DNA of 64,000 bases from Macrostomum lignano (Eukaryota). The stretch covers positions 1 through 64,000 of the forward strand of contig NIVC01000455.1 in the NCBI GenBank assembly GCA_002269645.1. The letters run 5' to 3'. Made by a program: the position numbers and the translations under genes. This document shows, piece after piece, positions 1 to 12,203 of this stretch. Each line of letters opens with the position of its first letter. Positions within the stretch are counted from its first letter, which is position 1. Below the pieces are notes generated by a model. That model was not told the origin of the DNA and did no database searches. It saw only the letters and a list, made by a program, of their open reading frames with translations.

Positions 1-861
1 CTTAAAGCCATGGTCACCTCCGCCCTGCTGCACTGCCTCATCGCTACAATTTTCATCTACCCGACATGGTGGGCGGCAACGCCTACTGCGAGGGACCGGA
101 CGGCCTGGACGGGAACTGCTATCCGGACAGGGAGCTGTACATCCGCTGGCTGCAGGCAACTGTACTCATGCCATCACTGCAGCTGTCTGTGCCGCCATGG
201 CACTACGATGAGGTCAGTGGGGGATTGCTAATCTAGCCAATCAGTGAGGAGCTGGAACAGAATGGATTGCTAATCTTGCCAATCAGGGATGAGCTGGGAC
301 AGAATGGATTGCTAATCTTGCCAATCAGGGATGAGCTGGAACAGAATGGATTGCTAATCTAGCCAATCAGGGATGAGCTGGAACAGAATGGATTGCTAAT
401 CTAGCCAATCAGGGATGAGCTGGAACAGAATGGATTGCTAATCTAGCCAATCAGGGATGAGCTGGAACAGAATGGATTGCTAATCTAGCTAATCTACCTA
501 ACCCGCAGGAGGTGGTGAACATCTCCAGGCGTCTGCTGGCCATCCGCAGTGAGCCCCGCTTCCGCGAGAACATGAAGTCGGCTCTGGCTGACCTTCTGGC
601 CAACGGCGACCCCCTGCTGCGTCCGATGTGGTGGCTGAAGGACGGCCGGCCGGGCAGCGCCGACCAGTTCCTGCTGGGCCGTTCGATCTTAGCGGCCCCG
701 GTGCTGGAGCCCGGCGCAAAATCCCGCAAGGTGCACTTCCCAGCGGCCGGTGGAGGCCCTGGTTCGCGCCCGAGGACGGGTCTCAGGACATTGCCGGGCC
801 GCAAGAGAAAGACGTGACGATGCCACTCGACTCGGTGGCAGCCTTCTGGCTGGTTGAGTGA
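1..861 (+). CDS. MYORG: GH31 glycosidase, MYORG/KIAA1161-like, last two exons (1..212, 509..861); 5' part lies outside the window; two apparent 1-nt deletions
   Basis: Conceptual translation LKAMVTSALLHCLI[G]YNFHLPDMVGGNAY..PDRELYIRWLQATVLMPSLQLSVPPWHYDE | EVVNISRRLL..GDPLLRPMWW..DQFLLGRSILAAPVLEPGAKSRKVHF[P]SGRWRPW..VAAFWLVE* matches the MYORG C-terminus (LPDMVGGN, ELYIRWL, PPWxYD, DPxxRPxWW, APVLEPG). GT-AG intron 213..508. Frame shifts near 43 and 740. Confidence 0.85.
223..495. repeat. Intronic minisatellite, 42-bp unit, about 6.5 copies
   Basis: Unit ggattgctaatctagccaatcagggatgagctggaacagaat inside the MYORG intron. Confidence 0.95.
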
Positions 862-1762
862 CATCAAGAGTGACAGTGGGAGTGACAACGGGATGGCATT
901 GGGAGTGACAATGGGGATGACTGTGGGAGTGACAATAGGGATGACTGTGAGAGGGACAATAGGGATGACTGTGAGAGGGACAATAGGGATGACTGTGAGA
1001 GGGACAATAGGGATGACAGTGGGAATGACAATAGGGATGACAGTGGGAGTGACAATAGGGATGACAGTGGGAATGACAATAGGGATGACAGTGGGAGTGA
1101 CAATAGGGATGACTGTGAGAGGGACAATAGGGATGACAGTAGGAGTGACAATGGGGATGACAGTGGGAGTGACAATAGGGATGACTGTGAGAGGGACAAT
1201 AGGGATGACAGTGAGAGTGACAATAGGGATGACAGTGGGAGTGACAATAGGGATGACAGTAGGAGTGACAATGGGGATGACAGTGGGAGTGACAATAGGG
1301 ATGACAGTGAAAGTGACAATAGGGATGACAGTGGGAGTGACAATAGGGATGACAGTGGGAGTGACAATGGGGATGACAGTGCGAGTGACAATGGGATGAC
1401 AGTGCGAGTGACAATAGGGATGACAGTGGGAGTGACAATGGGGATGACAGTGGGAGTGACAATAGGGATGACAGTGAGAGTGACAATAGGGATGACAGTG
1501 GGAGTGACAATGGGATGACAGTGGGAGTGACAATAGGGATGACAGTGGGAGTGACAATAGGGATGACAGTGAGAGTGACAATAGGGATGGCAGTGGGAGT
1601 GACAATAGGGATGACAGTAGGGAGTGACAATAGGGATGACAGTGAGAGTGACAATAGGGATGACAGTGGGAGTGACAATAGGGATGACAGTGGGAGTGAC
1701 AATAGGGATGACAGTGGGAGTGACAATAGGGATGACAGTGGGAGTGACAATAGGGATGACAG
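856..1762. repeat. Minisatellite, 24-bp unit
   Basis: Unit gggagtgacaatagggatgacagt; begins at the MYORG stop codon. Confidence 0.95.
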
Positions 1763-2161
1763 TGCGACTGACAACCATTGTGCTCCTGAGTGAAATTTGT
1801 AGGTAGATTTGAAGCGACAAATAGTAGTAACAGTGGGAGTAACGGAATGTCACTGAGGGGTGACCCGTGCACTTCCACTCAAGACAGTCAGTGGGATCTG
1901 CGCTTTACTGCCATCTCACACTGTGGCAATAAGGATTGCAATTTACAATTTCACTTTACTTGGACAAGTTTTGAGCTAAATTTCATTGCACAGTTGTGAA
2001 ATATTTCAGCACTGAGAATATCCGTTCAAATGCATGCATATTGCACATGAATCTGTGTCCGCAGATGATTACTGAATACAGTAAGTAGTATGATCATTTT
2101 TACTATTTTTTCTAATACGATTTCAATTTATCTATTGTAGCTAGTAAAACTGAAAGTTAAA

Positions 2162-3625
2162 ATGGGAGTGACAATTGCAGACACTGGGAGTGACAATTGC
2201 AGACACTAGGAGTGACAATTGCAGACACTAGGAGTGACAACTGCAGACAGTGGGAGTGAAAATTGCAGACACTAGGAGTGACAACTGCAGACAGTGGGAG
2301 TGAAAATTGCAGACACTGGGAGTGCCAATTGCATCAGACACTTGAGTGACAATTGCAACACTGGGAGTGACAATTGCAATCCCTGGAAGTGACAATTGCA
2401 GACACTGGGAGTGACAATTGCAACACTGGGAGTGACAATTGCAACACTGGGAGTGACAATTACATCAGACACTGGAGTGACAATTACATCAGACACTGGA
2501 GTGACAATTGCAACACTGGGAGTGACAATTCCAACACTGGGAGTGACAATTACATCAGACACTGGAGTGACAATTCCAACACTGGGAGTGACAATTGCAA
2601 TCCTGGAAGTGACAATTGCAGACACTGGAGTGACAATTACACACAGACACTGGAGTGACAATTGCAACAGACACTGGGAGTGACAATTGCAACACTGGGA
2701 GTGACAATTGCATCAGACACTGGAGTGACAATTGCAACACTGGGAGTGACGATTCCAACACTGGGAGTGACAATTACATCAGACACTGGAGTGACAATTC
2801 CAACACTGGGAGTGACAATTGCAACACTGGGAGTGACAATTGCAATCCTGGAAGTGACAATTGCAGACACTGGGAGTGACAATTGCAACACTGGGAGTGA
2901 CAATTGCATCAGACACTGGAGTGACAATTGCAACACTGGGAGTGACGATTCCAACACTGGGAGTGACAATTACATCAGACACTGGAGTGACAATTCCAAC
3001 ACTGGGAGTGACAATTGCAACACTGGGAGTGACAATTGCAATCCCTGGAAGTGACAATTGCAGACACTGGGAGTGACAATTGCAACACTGGGAGTGACAA
3101 TTACATCAGACACTGGAGTGACAATTCCAACACTGGGAGTGACAATTCCAACACTGGGAGTGACAATTCCAACACTGGGAGTGACAATTACATCAGACAC
3201 TGGAGTGACAATTCCAACACTGGGAGTGACAATTGCAATCCCTGGAAGTGACAATTGCAGACACTGGGAGTGACAATTACACCAGACACTGGAGTGACAA
3301 TTGCAACAGACACTGGGAGTGACAATTGCAACACTGGGAGTGACAATTGCATCAGACACTGGAGTGACAATTGCAACACTGGGAGTGACAATTCCAACAC
3401 TGGGAGTGACAATTGCAACAGACACTGGGAGTGACAATTGCAACACTGGGAGTGACAATTGCATCAGACACTTGAGTGACAATTGCAACACTGGGAGTGA
3501 CAATTGCAGACACTGGGAGTGAAAATTGCAGACACTGGGAGTGACAATTGCAGACACTGGGAGTGAAAATTGCAGACACTGGGAGTGACAATTGCAGACA
3601 CTGGGAGTGACAATTGCAGACAGAG
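2162..3625. repeat. Minisatellite, mixed 21-24-bp units
   Basis: Units gggagtgacaattgcaacact / gggagtgacaattgcagacact / ggagtgacaattacatcagacact. Confidence 0.95.
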
Positions 3626-4189
3626 GGAGTGAGGGAAAAGAGTGAAATTGGGACAATGAAGATGAATTGCAACTGAGCTTCAATTGACACGATTCATGAT
3701 TTGTGTCCCCGTGATTTGATGTGAACAAAGAATTGTGTCACGGTGTGTGTCTAAACGCCAGCACTGCTAAATATTCAAATACAGACTCGTCAATTACTCT
3801 AATTTTGTATTTTTCTGAAAATTGTAGCTTGCCGTCAGAATCTTTTTTTTGATTGACAATCTCCATTAATAGATTTGCTATTTTTATCTCTCAAATTTCA
3901 AACTACGCAAAAAAAATTCTCGAGTTCAAATGCCATTGCAGTTACGTTTATTTTGAAAAAAATTGATTTTTGAATCTAAAAAAAACTTGAACAAAAGCAA
4001 TCAAAGTTCAGCAGCGGATGGTTTTCATTTTTTATACAATCAGACAAAAATTATTTCCGAGTAATTAAAATATCTTTCCACTTGTGTACAGGAGCCAATA
4101 CTACTACAGAATTCTGAACAAGAAAAAGATAGAGTAAAAATGTGGATTGCTAGTCTATCGCTCTTGCTGTACCACTACTGGAGTCACAA

Positions 4190-6230
4190 AGGGGACTCAG
4201 AGGGAGTGACCTTGAACCCTTCAGTTGGAGTGACATTGTGAGTTTCAATCAGAGTGACACAGAATGATATTGGGAGTTTCACTGGGAGTGACCAACTGAC
4301 CATTATCAGTTGGAGTGATACTGGGAGTGACCAGCTTCAGTGGAGTGACACTAGGAGTGACCAGCTTCAGTGGAGTGACACTAGGATCGGAGTGACTATT
4401 TTCAGTTGGAGTGACACTGGGAGTGACCATTTACAGTCGGAGTGACACTGGGATCGAAGTGACTATTTTCAGTTGGAGTGACACTTGGAGTGATAATTTT
4501 CAGTTGGAGTGACACTGGGATCGGAGTGACCATTTTCAGTTAGAGTGACACTGGGATCGGAGTGACTATTTTCAGTTGGAGTGACACTGGGAGTGACCAT
4601 TTACAGTCGGAGTGACACTGGGATCGAAGTGACTATTTTCAGTTGGAGTGATACTGGGAGTGACCAGCTTCAGTGGAGCGACACTAGGAGTTACCAGCTT
4701 CAGTGGAGTGACACTGGGAGTGACCATTTACAGTTGGAGTAACACTGGGAGTGACCATTTTCAGTCAGAGTGACACTGGGATCGGAGTGACCATTTTCAG
4801 TCAGAGTGACACTGGGATCGGAGTGACCATTTTCAGTTGGAGTGACACTGGGATCGGAGTGACAATTTTCAGTCGGAGTGACACTGGGAGTGACCATTTT
4901 CAGTCGGAGCGACACTGTGAGTGACCATTTACAGTTGGAGTGACACTGGGAGTGACCATTTACAGTTGGAGTGACACTGGGATCGGAGTGACCATTTTCA
5001 GTAGGAGTGTCCATTTTCAGTTGGAGTGACACTGGGATCGGAGTGACCATTTTCAGTTGGAGTGACACTGGGATCGGAGTGACCATTTTCAGTTGGAGTG
5101 ACAGTGGGAGTGACCATTTTCAGTTGGAGTGACACTGGGATCGGAGTGACCATTTTCAGTTGGAGTGACACTGGGATCGGAGTGACCATTTTCAGTTGGA
5201 GTGACACTGGGATCGGAGTGACCATTTTCAGTTAGAGTGACACTGGGATCGGAGTGACAATTTTCAGTTGAAGTGACACTGGGATCGGAGTGACCATTTT
5301 CAGTTAGAGTGACACTGGGATCGGAGTGACAATTTTCAGTTGGAGTGACACTGGGATCGGAGTGACAATTTTCAGTTGGAGTGACACTGGGATCGTAGTG
5401 ACCATTTTCAGTTAGAGTGACACTGGGATCGGAGTGACAATTTTCAGTTGAAGTGACACTGGGATCGGAGTGACCATTTTCAGTTAGAGTGACACTGGGA
5501 TCGGAGTGACCATTTTCAGTTGGAGTGACACTGGGATCGGAGTGACAATTTTCAGTTGGAGTGACACTGGGATTGTAGTGACTATTTTCAGTCGGAGTGA
5601 CACTGGGAGTGACCATTTACAGTTGGAGTGACACTGGGGGTGACCATTTTCAGTTGGAGTGACACTGGGATCGGAGTGACCATTTTCAGTAGGAGTGACC
5701 ATTTTCAGTTGGAGTGACACTGGGATCGTAGTGACTATTTTCAGTCGGAGTGACACTGGGAGTGACCATTTACAGTTGGAGTGACACTGGGAGTGACCAT
5801 TTTCAGTTGGAGTGACACTGGGATCGGAGTGACCATTTTCAGTTGGAGTGACAGTGGGAGTGACCATTTTCAGTTGAAGGACACTGGGATCGGAGTGACC
5901 ATTTTCAGTTGGAGTGACACTGGGATCGGAGTGACCATTTTCAGTTAGAGTGACACTGGGATCGGAGTGACAATTTTCAGTTGAAGTGACACTGGGATCG
6001 GAGTGACCATTTTCAGTTAGAGTGACACTGGGATCGGAGTGACCATTTTCAGTTAGAGAGACACTGGGATCGGAGTGACAATTTTCAGTTGAAGTGACAC
6101 TGGGATCGGAGTGACCATTTTCAGTTGAAGTGACACTGGGATCGGAATGACCATTTTCAGTTAGAGTGACACTGGGATCGGAATGACCATTTTCAGTTGG
6201 AGTGACACTGGGAGTGACATCGAGAGTGAC
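4190..6230. repeat. Minisatellite, 36-bp unit with two ggagtgac cores
   Basis: Unit ggagtgacactgggatcggagtgaccattttcagtt. Confidence 0.95.
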
Positions 6231-6386
6231 ACAGACAGTCTAGATAGGAAATTATAAAGAAAAAGAAAAAACTATTAAGCAAACACAGGCCTCCTCTACA
6301 TACGTGTACATGTGTGTCGATCAGCTTCAGCCTCAATAGAAGCAGAAATGCAGCAGGTGGGTGATGTTGCACACCAAGAGAAGCAG

Positions 6387-6767
6387 CTACACCTGCACAA
6401 TGGTGCTGCTGGGGACAGTTCGGTACTGCTGCCACCCGGCAGGTGTCACCAGCGGCCGGTGGCCGGCAGTAGCACCGCTCTGCCTGCTCATCCGCAGCCG
6501 CTGCTGCCTCCGGTGCGACCGGCACAGCCTGGCGATGACTGTCGATCCGACAACCAGCAGCGCGGCGCCCAGACACGTCATGACAACGGAGCAGGGCAGC
6601 AGCCAGGAGTACTTGGCCCTCAGCTGTACATCAGCCAGGAAGGCGCCGCCAACGATGAAGAGACCCGCGGCGCCAGGAAACAGCAGCAGGATGGCGAAGG
6701 TGCAGAGCTGCAGGGTGTTGCCGCTGGAGTGCAGCAGGAAGTCGTCAACCTCGGAGGCCAGGCCCAT
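6387..6767 (-). CDS. Small hypothetical membrane protein, 126 aa, two hydrophobic segments
   Basis: ATG at 6767: MGLASEVDDFLLHSSGNTLQLCTFAILLLFPGAAGLFIVGGAFLADVQLRAKYSWLLPCSVVMTCLGAALLVVGSTVIARLCRSHRRQQRLR..; GC-rich coding-like island; TM2 is followed by a basic stop-transfer stretch. No family recognised. Confidence 0.6.
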   Translation of the reverse strand: MGLASEVDDFLLHSSGNTLQLCTFAILLLFPGAAGLFIVGGAFLADVQLRAKYSWLLPCSVVMTCLGAALLVVGSTVIARLCRSHRRQQRLRMSRQSGATAGHRPLVTPAGWQQYRTVPSSTIVQV

Positions 6768-7943
6768 TGCTTCGGTCAGGGGGCTGTCAGCTGGCTGAGG
6801 CCTGGCGCAGCAGGTAATAGCAGCTGGCTCAGCGATGTGGGTGCGGCCCAGCCTGGAGCCAATGGCAGGGCAGCGGAGGACAAACACCCTGCAGGAGGGA
6901 AGACTGCCTGAGCCGGAAGATGGGGGATCTCTATCCCCAGTGCCGGGTATGCAGGCAAGCTTTTTTCAGTCCAGCTGAGCACACAAACCTTCGGGATCTG
7001 TGCGAGCTTACGAAAATGCTCTCAACACTCTTCGTGTCCCTGCACAGCCCTTATCAGTTCGGAAACTGCTTTTATCTTGCTTGGTCACTCAGGGAGGGGG
7101 TGGGCGGTGCGGCTTATCTTAGTTTGTCTGCTCTGCGTATCTGCGCATTTTTGCTTGCAAGTGCTCGCGCTTTGGCTCGGCATAATTTTTGCCTGCTGCG
7201 ACGGAAGAATTTTGGTTCCAATTGCCTGTTGGAGGCTATTTGGTCCAATTTTAAGGCTAATCAAGAGTGCTGGACACTCCAGTGCTGACCAAAGTGGTGA
7301 CACGTCAGTACGGAAAAATACAATTTAGCGCCATCACCCATGTAAATAGCATCTTAGGCCTGGGTACGACCTGACCTGCAACAAGCAGGGGCAGCAGTTT
7401 CAACTGGTTTTATATGAATTTGCCTCATCCTATAGCCGCGATAGCTGAATTCAAAACTGACACCAATAGTGCACTCTTGCTGCCGTGTTGCGTGCTGTCG
7501 TCACAGCTGTGGCTGCGGCCCGGCTGAGCTGTTTGCTCAGGAATGCTCGAGTGTGTTTGCATTTGAGAGAGAGAGAGCTATAGGAGCTCAGATCTCGGGG
7601 ATCCCGTTACCCCATGGCTGGCGGGCCAGGGGAAAATGGATAAGGATTCCCCCAGATGGCGGCTTCAGGGCAGCTCCAGGCCTCCCAGACCCGAAACCCA
7701 CAGGTTTGAGCAGTTGCTGGCATAAGAAACACTGCAAAGGCCTGCAGCTATCATTGCACGCTGCTCATGCGGCAGAGAAGTGAGTATTATCGTGCGACTT
7801 ATCGGAGTCGACTCAACAGAGCAAACAGAATCCAACAGAGTTCCTGTCTGAATCCTGGGGCAACCTCTGACGGATGCCTGTCACTCAAAAATTGACAACT
7901 TCCCGAATTCGACACAGCTTCTTCTGTCAAACAAACCTAACAG

Positions 7944-10500
7944 TATCGATTGGATTGCTAATCTATGGCGATCTGGTGACCTAACAATATCGATTGGATT
8001 GCTAATCTATGGCGATCTGGTGACCTAACAGTATCGATTGGATTGCTAATCTATGGCGATCTGGTGACCTAACAATATCGATTGGATTGCTAATCTATGG
8101 CGATCTGGTGACCTAACAATATCGATTGGATTGCTAATCTATGGCGATCTGGAGACCTAACAATATCGATTGGATTGCTAATCTATGGCGATCTGGTGAC
8201 CTAACAATATCGATTGGATTGCTAATCTATGGCGATCTGGTGACCTAACAATATCGATTGGATTGCTAATCTATGGCGATCTGGTGACCTAACAATATCG
8301 ATTGGATTGCTAATCTATGGCGATCTGGTGACCTAACAATATCGATTGGATTGCTAATCTATGGCGATCTGGAGACCTAACAATATCGATTGGATTGCTA
8401 ATCTATAGCGATCTGGTGACCTAACAGTATCGATTGGATTGCTAATCTATGGCGATCTGGTGACCTAACAATATCGATTGGATTGCTAATCTATGGCGAT
8501 CTGGTGACCTAACAATATCGATTGGATTGCTAATCTATGGCGATCTGGTGACCTAACAATATCGATTGGATTGCTAATCTATGGCGATCTGGTGACCTAA
8601 CAATATCGATTGGATTGCTAATCTATGGCGATCTGGTGACCTAACAATATCGATTGGATTGCTAATCTATGGCGATCTGGTGACCTAACAATATCGATTG
8701 GATTGCTAATCTATGGCGATCTGGTGACCTAACAATATCGATTGGATTGCTAATCTATGGCGATCTGGTGACCTAACAATATCGATTGGATTGCTAATCT
8801 ATGGCGATCTGGTGACCTAACAATATCGATTGGATTGCTAATCTATGGCGATCTGGTGACCTAACAATATCAATTGGATTGCTAATCTATAGCAATCTGG
8901 AGACCTAAAAGTATACGGTGGATTGCTAATCTACATCTATAGGAAGTGGGGACCTAAAAATATAGATTGGATTGCTAATCCACATCTATAGCAATTAGGG
9001 ACCTAACAATATCGATTGGATTGCTAATCTATAGCAATCTGGAGACCTAAAAGTATACGGTGGATTGCTAATCTACATCTATAGGAAGTGGGGACCTAAA
9101 AATATAGATTGGATTGCTAATCCACATCTATAGCAATTAGGGACCTAACAATATCGATTGGATTGCTAATCTATGGCGATCTGGTGACCTAACAATATCA
9201 ATTGGATTGCTAATCTATGGCGATCTGGTGACCTAACAATATCGATTGGATTGCTAATCTATAGCAATCTGGAGACCTAAAAGTATACGGTGGATTGCTA
9301 ATCTACATCTATAGGAAGTGGGGACCTAAAAATATAGATTGGATTGCTAATCCACATCTATAGCAATTAGGGACCTAACAATATCGATTGGATTGCTAAT
9401 CTATGGCGATCTGGTGACCTAACAATATCGATTGGATTGCTAATCTATAGCAATCTGGAGACCTAACAATATCGATTGGATTGCTAATCTATAGCAATCT
9501 GGAGACCTAACAATATCGATTGGATTGCTAATCTATGGCGATCTGGTGACCTAACAATATCGATTGGATTGCTAATCTATGGCGATCTGGAGACCTAAAA
9601 GTATACGGTGGATTGCTAATCTACATCTATAGGAAGTGGGGACCTAAAAATATAGATTGGATTGCTAATCCACATCTATAGCAATTAGGGACCTAACAAT
9701 ATCGATTGGATTGCTAATCTATGGCGATCTGGTGACCTAACAATATCAATTGGATTGCTAATCTATGGCGATCTGGTGACCTAACAATATCGATTGGATT
9801 GCTAATCTATAGCAATCTGGAGACCTAAAAGTATACGGTGGATTGCTAATCTACATCTATAGGAAGTGGGGACCTAAAAATATAGATTGGATTGCTAATC
9901 CACATCTATAGCAATTAGGGACCTAACAATATCGATTGGATTGCTAATCTATGGCGATCTGGTGACCTAACAATATCGATTGGATTGCTAATCTATAGCA
10001 ATCTGGAGACCTAACAATATCGATTGGATTGCTAATCTATAGCAATCTGGAGACCTAACAATATCGATTGGATTGCTAATCTATGGCGATCTGGTGACCT
10101 AACAATATCGATTGGATTGCTAATCTATGGCGATCTGGTGACCTAACAATATCGATTGGATTGCTAATCTATGGCGATCTGGTGACCTAACAATATCGAT
10201 TGGATTGCTAATCTATGGCGATCTGGTGACCTAACAATATCGATTGGATTGCTAATCTACGGCGATCTGGTGACCTAACAGTATCGATTCGATTGCTAAT
10301 CTATGGCGATCTGGTGACCTAACAATATCGATTGGATTGCTAATCTATGGCGATCTGGTGACCTAACAATATCGATTGGATTGCTAATCTATGGCGATCT
10401 GGTGACCTAACAATATCGATTGGATTGCTAATCTATGGCGATCTGGTGACCTAACAATATCAATTGGATTGCTAATCTATGGCGATCTGGTGACCTAACA
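7944..10500. repeat. Minisatellite, 44-bp unit with higher-order variant blocks
   Basis: Unit cgattggattgctaatctatggcgatctggtgacctaacaatat; a divergent block containing gtatacggtg recurs at about 8911, 9053, 9283, 9601 and 9831. Confidence 0.95.
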
Positions 10501-11169
10501 AGCGTCTTGGAACTGAAAAATTGCCGTTTAAAAATGATTCACTCTGCGCACCTCCAACACTTCCAATCCAAATCTAAGGCTTGCTTTAAAGACTCCTTGA
10601 GCAAAACCAGCAGAAGCTCCCAGCCGCCTGCACCCTGTAAGTTCTGCTGTTCTGTAAATATCGAAAGAATGCAGCCAGGCTCCAAAGCACGACATGCAAA
10701 TACAAAGAAGCTTCAGCATTGGGGATCGCGGGAGCAAGAAACCCGGCCGGCAATTCTTGAACGCATTAAAGCCGGCGGCGCAGGGAGGCCTGCAGATTCG
10801 CTTAATTTACTTCATTCGGCCGCGGGCGCAGGGAGCAGCTTCCACCAATCCTTGATGCAGCATTAGCCAATAAACAATGCAGGTCCCCATGCGGTGTCCC
10901 AAACAGGACCAAGCTCTGCCCTCGAGGAGTTCATTGCGGTTGCGACAAAGTTTTAATTGGCTTCCATTTTCTTGTACGATATATGGCAGAGACCCGAAGC
11001 AAACTAAAGGAAAGTCAAAAGAAATTTCCTAAGATAGACGGAATGGCCCACCCAGTGTGTGGGCTTCGAGGCCAGCCCAAGCCTAAAAAAGTCTGTGCTT
11101 TGCATTGAAGTCATATCAAGTTTGACTTTACGAGTGGCGGAATTACCAGTTTACCTTGCAGTTCATGAC

Positions 11170-11330
11170 TCAAAATACCAGTTTACATTGCAGTTTGTGT
11201 TTCAAAATACCAGTTTACATTGCAGTTTGTGTTTCAAAATACCAGTTTACATTGCAGTTTGTGTTTCAAAATACCAGTTTACATTGCAGTTTGTGTTTCA
11301 AAATACAAGTTTGCATTGCAGTTTGTGTTG
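11170..11330. repeat. Short tandem repeat, 32-bp unit
   Basis: caaaataccagtttacattgcagtttgtgttt, about 4-5 copies. Confidence 0.85.
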
Positions 11331-11753
11331 AAAGATAGAAGTTTACCTTTAACTTTTTTGTTTAAAAATATCAGTTTACCTTGAAGTTTATGATTCAAGT
11401 TACCAGTTTGAATTTCAGTTCACGCTTAAAGACACACCAGTCTACTTCACATTTTCTGTTTGAAGGTACCAGTTTACATTTAAAAAATTAGTGACAGAAA
11501 CAACGAAATGTGTAAAATAAACACGAACATTACCTGATTAACAAGCAAAAACAGGCATTTATTTGTATTTAAATACTGTAGATAAATTTTGCATTAACCC
11601 AGTCCCTCTCCTTGAACAAAGAAAGTTCAGTTTCAAATGCAAAAGCAGCAGTCATTTTACCATACTAGGCCTACTACTAGTAAGTAGTATAAAAAGGGGG
11701 CAAGTTTTGTCTAGAATTGGATGATTTTAAGCCAACCAAAATGCACAAAACGT

Positions 11754-12203
11754 TCAATGCAGGCGCGGGACTGCAGATGTCTCGCAGATGAGTTGCGACC
11801 CTGGCGGCCCCGGCAGCACCGCCCGAATCCAGTCGCACTGGCGGAACCCGTACGTGGCGAAGCTCCGACACAGCCGGCACGTCACCACGCCAACCATCCG
11901 CCGGTGCCGCCGACGCCGTCGGCAGCGAATGTCTGCGGTGACACCGCTAACCAGCGGCAGTCGGCAGCGTCGGCAGAAGCCGCGTCGAAGCAGCGGCGGC
12001 GGCCGGGTCTGCGACTTCTCGGCCAGGGTGAACAGGGCCTCGGCATGCTGCCTGGCCAGCATCTGGCCAGCCTGGCCGCCCTGCCCGGCCAGCAGCCTAG
12101 CCACCGCCTGCAGGTGGGCGATCCGCCTCACAGCCTGCTTGTTCTGCGGCTTCTGCTTTGCAGACTTGGCGGTTGTGGCGGCTTTGTCAGTTGGTTTTGG
12201 CAT
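11754..12203 (-). CDS. RPP21: RNase P protein subunit p21 (Rpr2/Rpp21 family), single coding exon, 149 aa
   Basis: RIAHLQAVARLL..LARQHAEALFTLAEKSQTR..LRRGFCRRCRLPLVSGVTADIRCRRRRR..VVTCRLC: Rpr2 helical N-terminus plus a CxxC..CxxC zinc ribbon. Confidence 0.85.
   Translation of the reverse strand: MPKPTDKAATTAKSAKQKPQNKQAVRRIAHLQAVARLLAGQGGQAGQMLARQHAEALFTLAEKSQTRPPPLLRRGFCRRCRLPLVSGVTADIRCRRRRRHRRMVGVVTCRLCRSFATYGFRQCDWIRAVLPGPPGSQLICETSAVPRLH

Noticed and set aside
451-6230. Long His/Cys-, Thr/Val- and Ser/Leu-rich ORFs (up to 475 aa) on both strands
   Set aside because: They are translations of 21-36-bp satellites whose units lack stops in some frames; no non-repetitive coding content.
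6312-6911. 199-aa plus-strand Gln-rich ORF
   Set aside because: Antisense shadow of the minus-strand TM protein ORF, which has the more protein-like composition.
7944-10500. Regular repeats that could be mistaken for a CRISPR array (also 35185..35930)
   Set aside because: Units abut with no unique spacers, there are no cas genes, and the context is eukaryotic.
10500-11060. Short ORFs (119 aa +, 69 aa -) between the 44-bp array and RPP21
   Set aside because: No recognisable motifs or splice-site-bounded exon structure.
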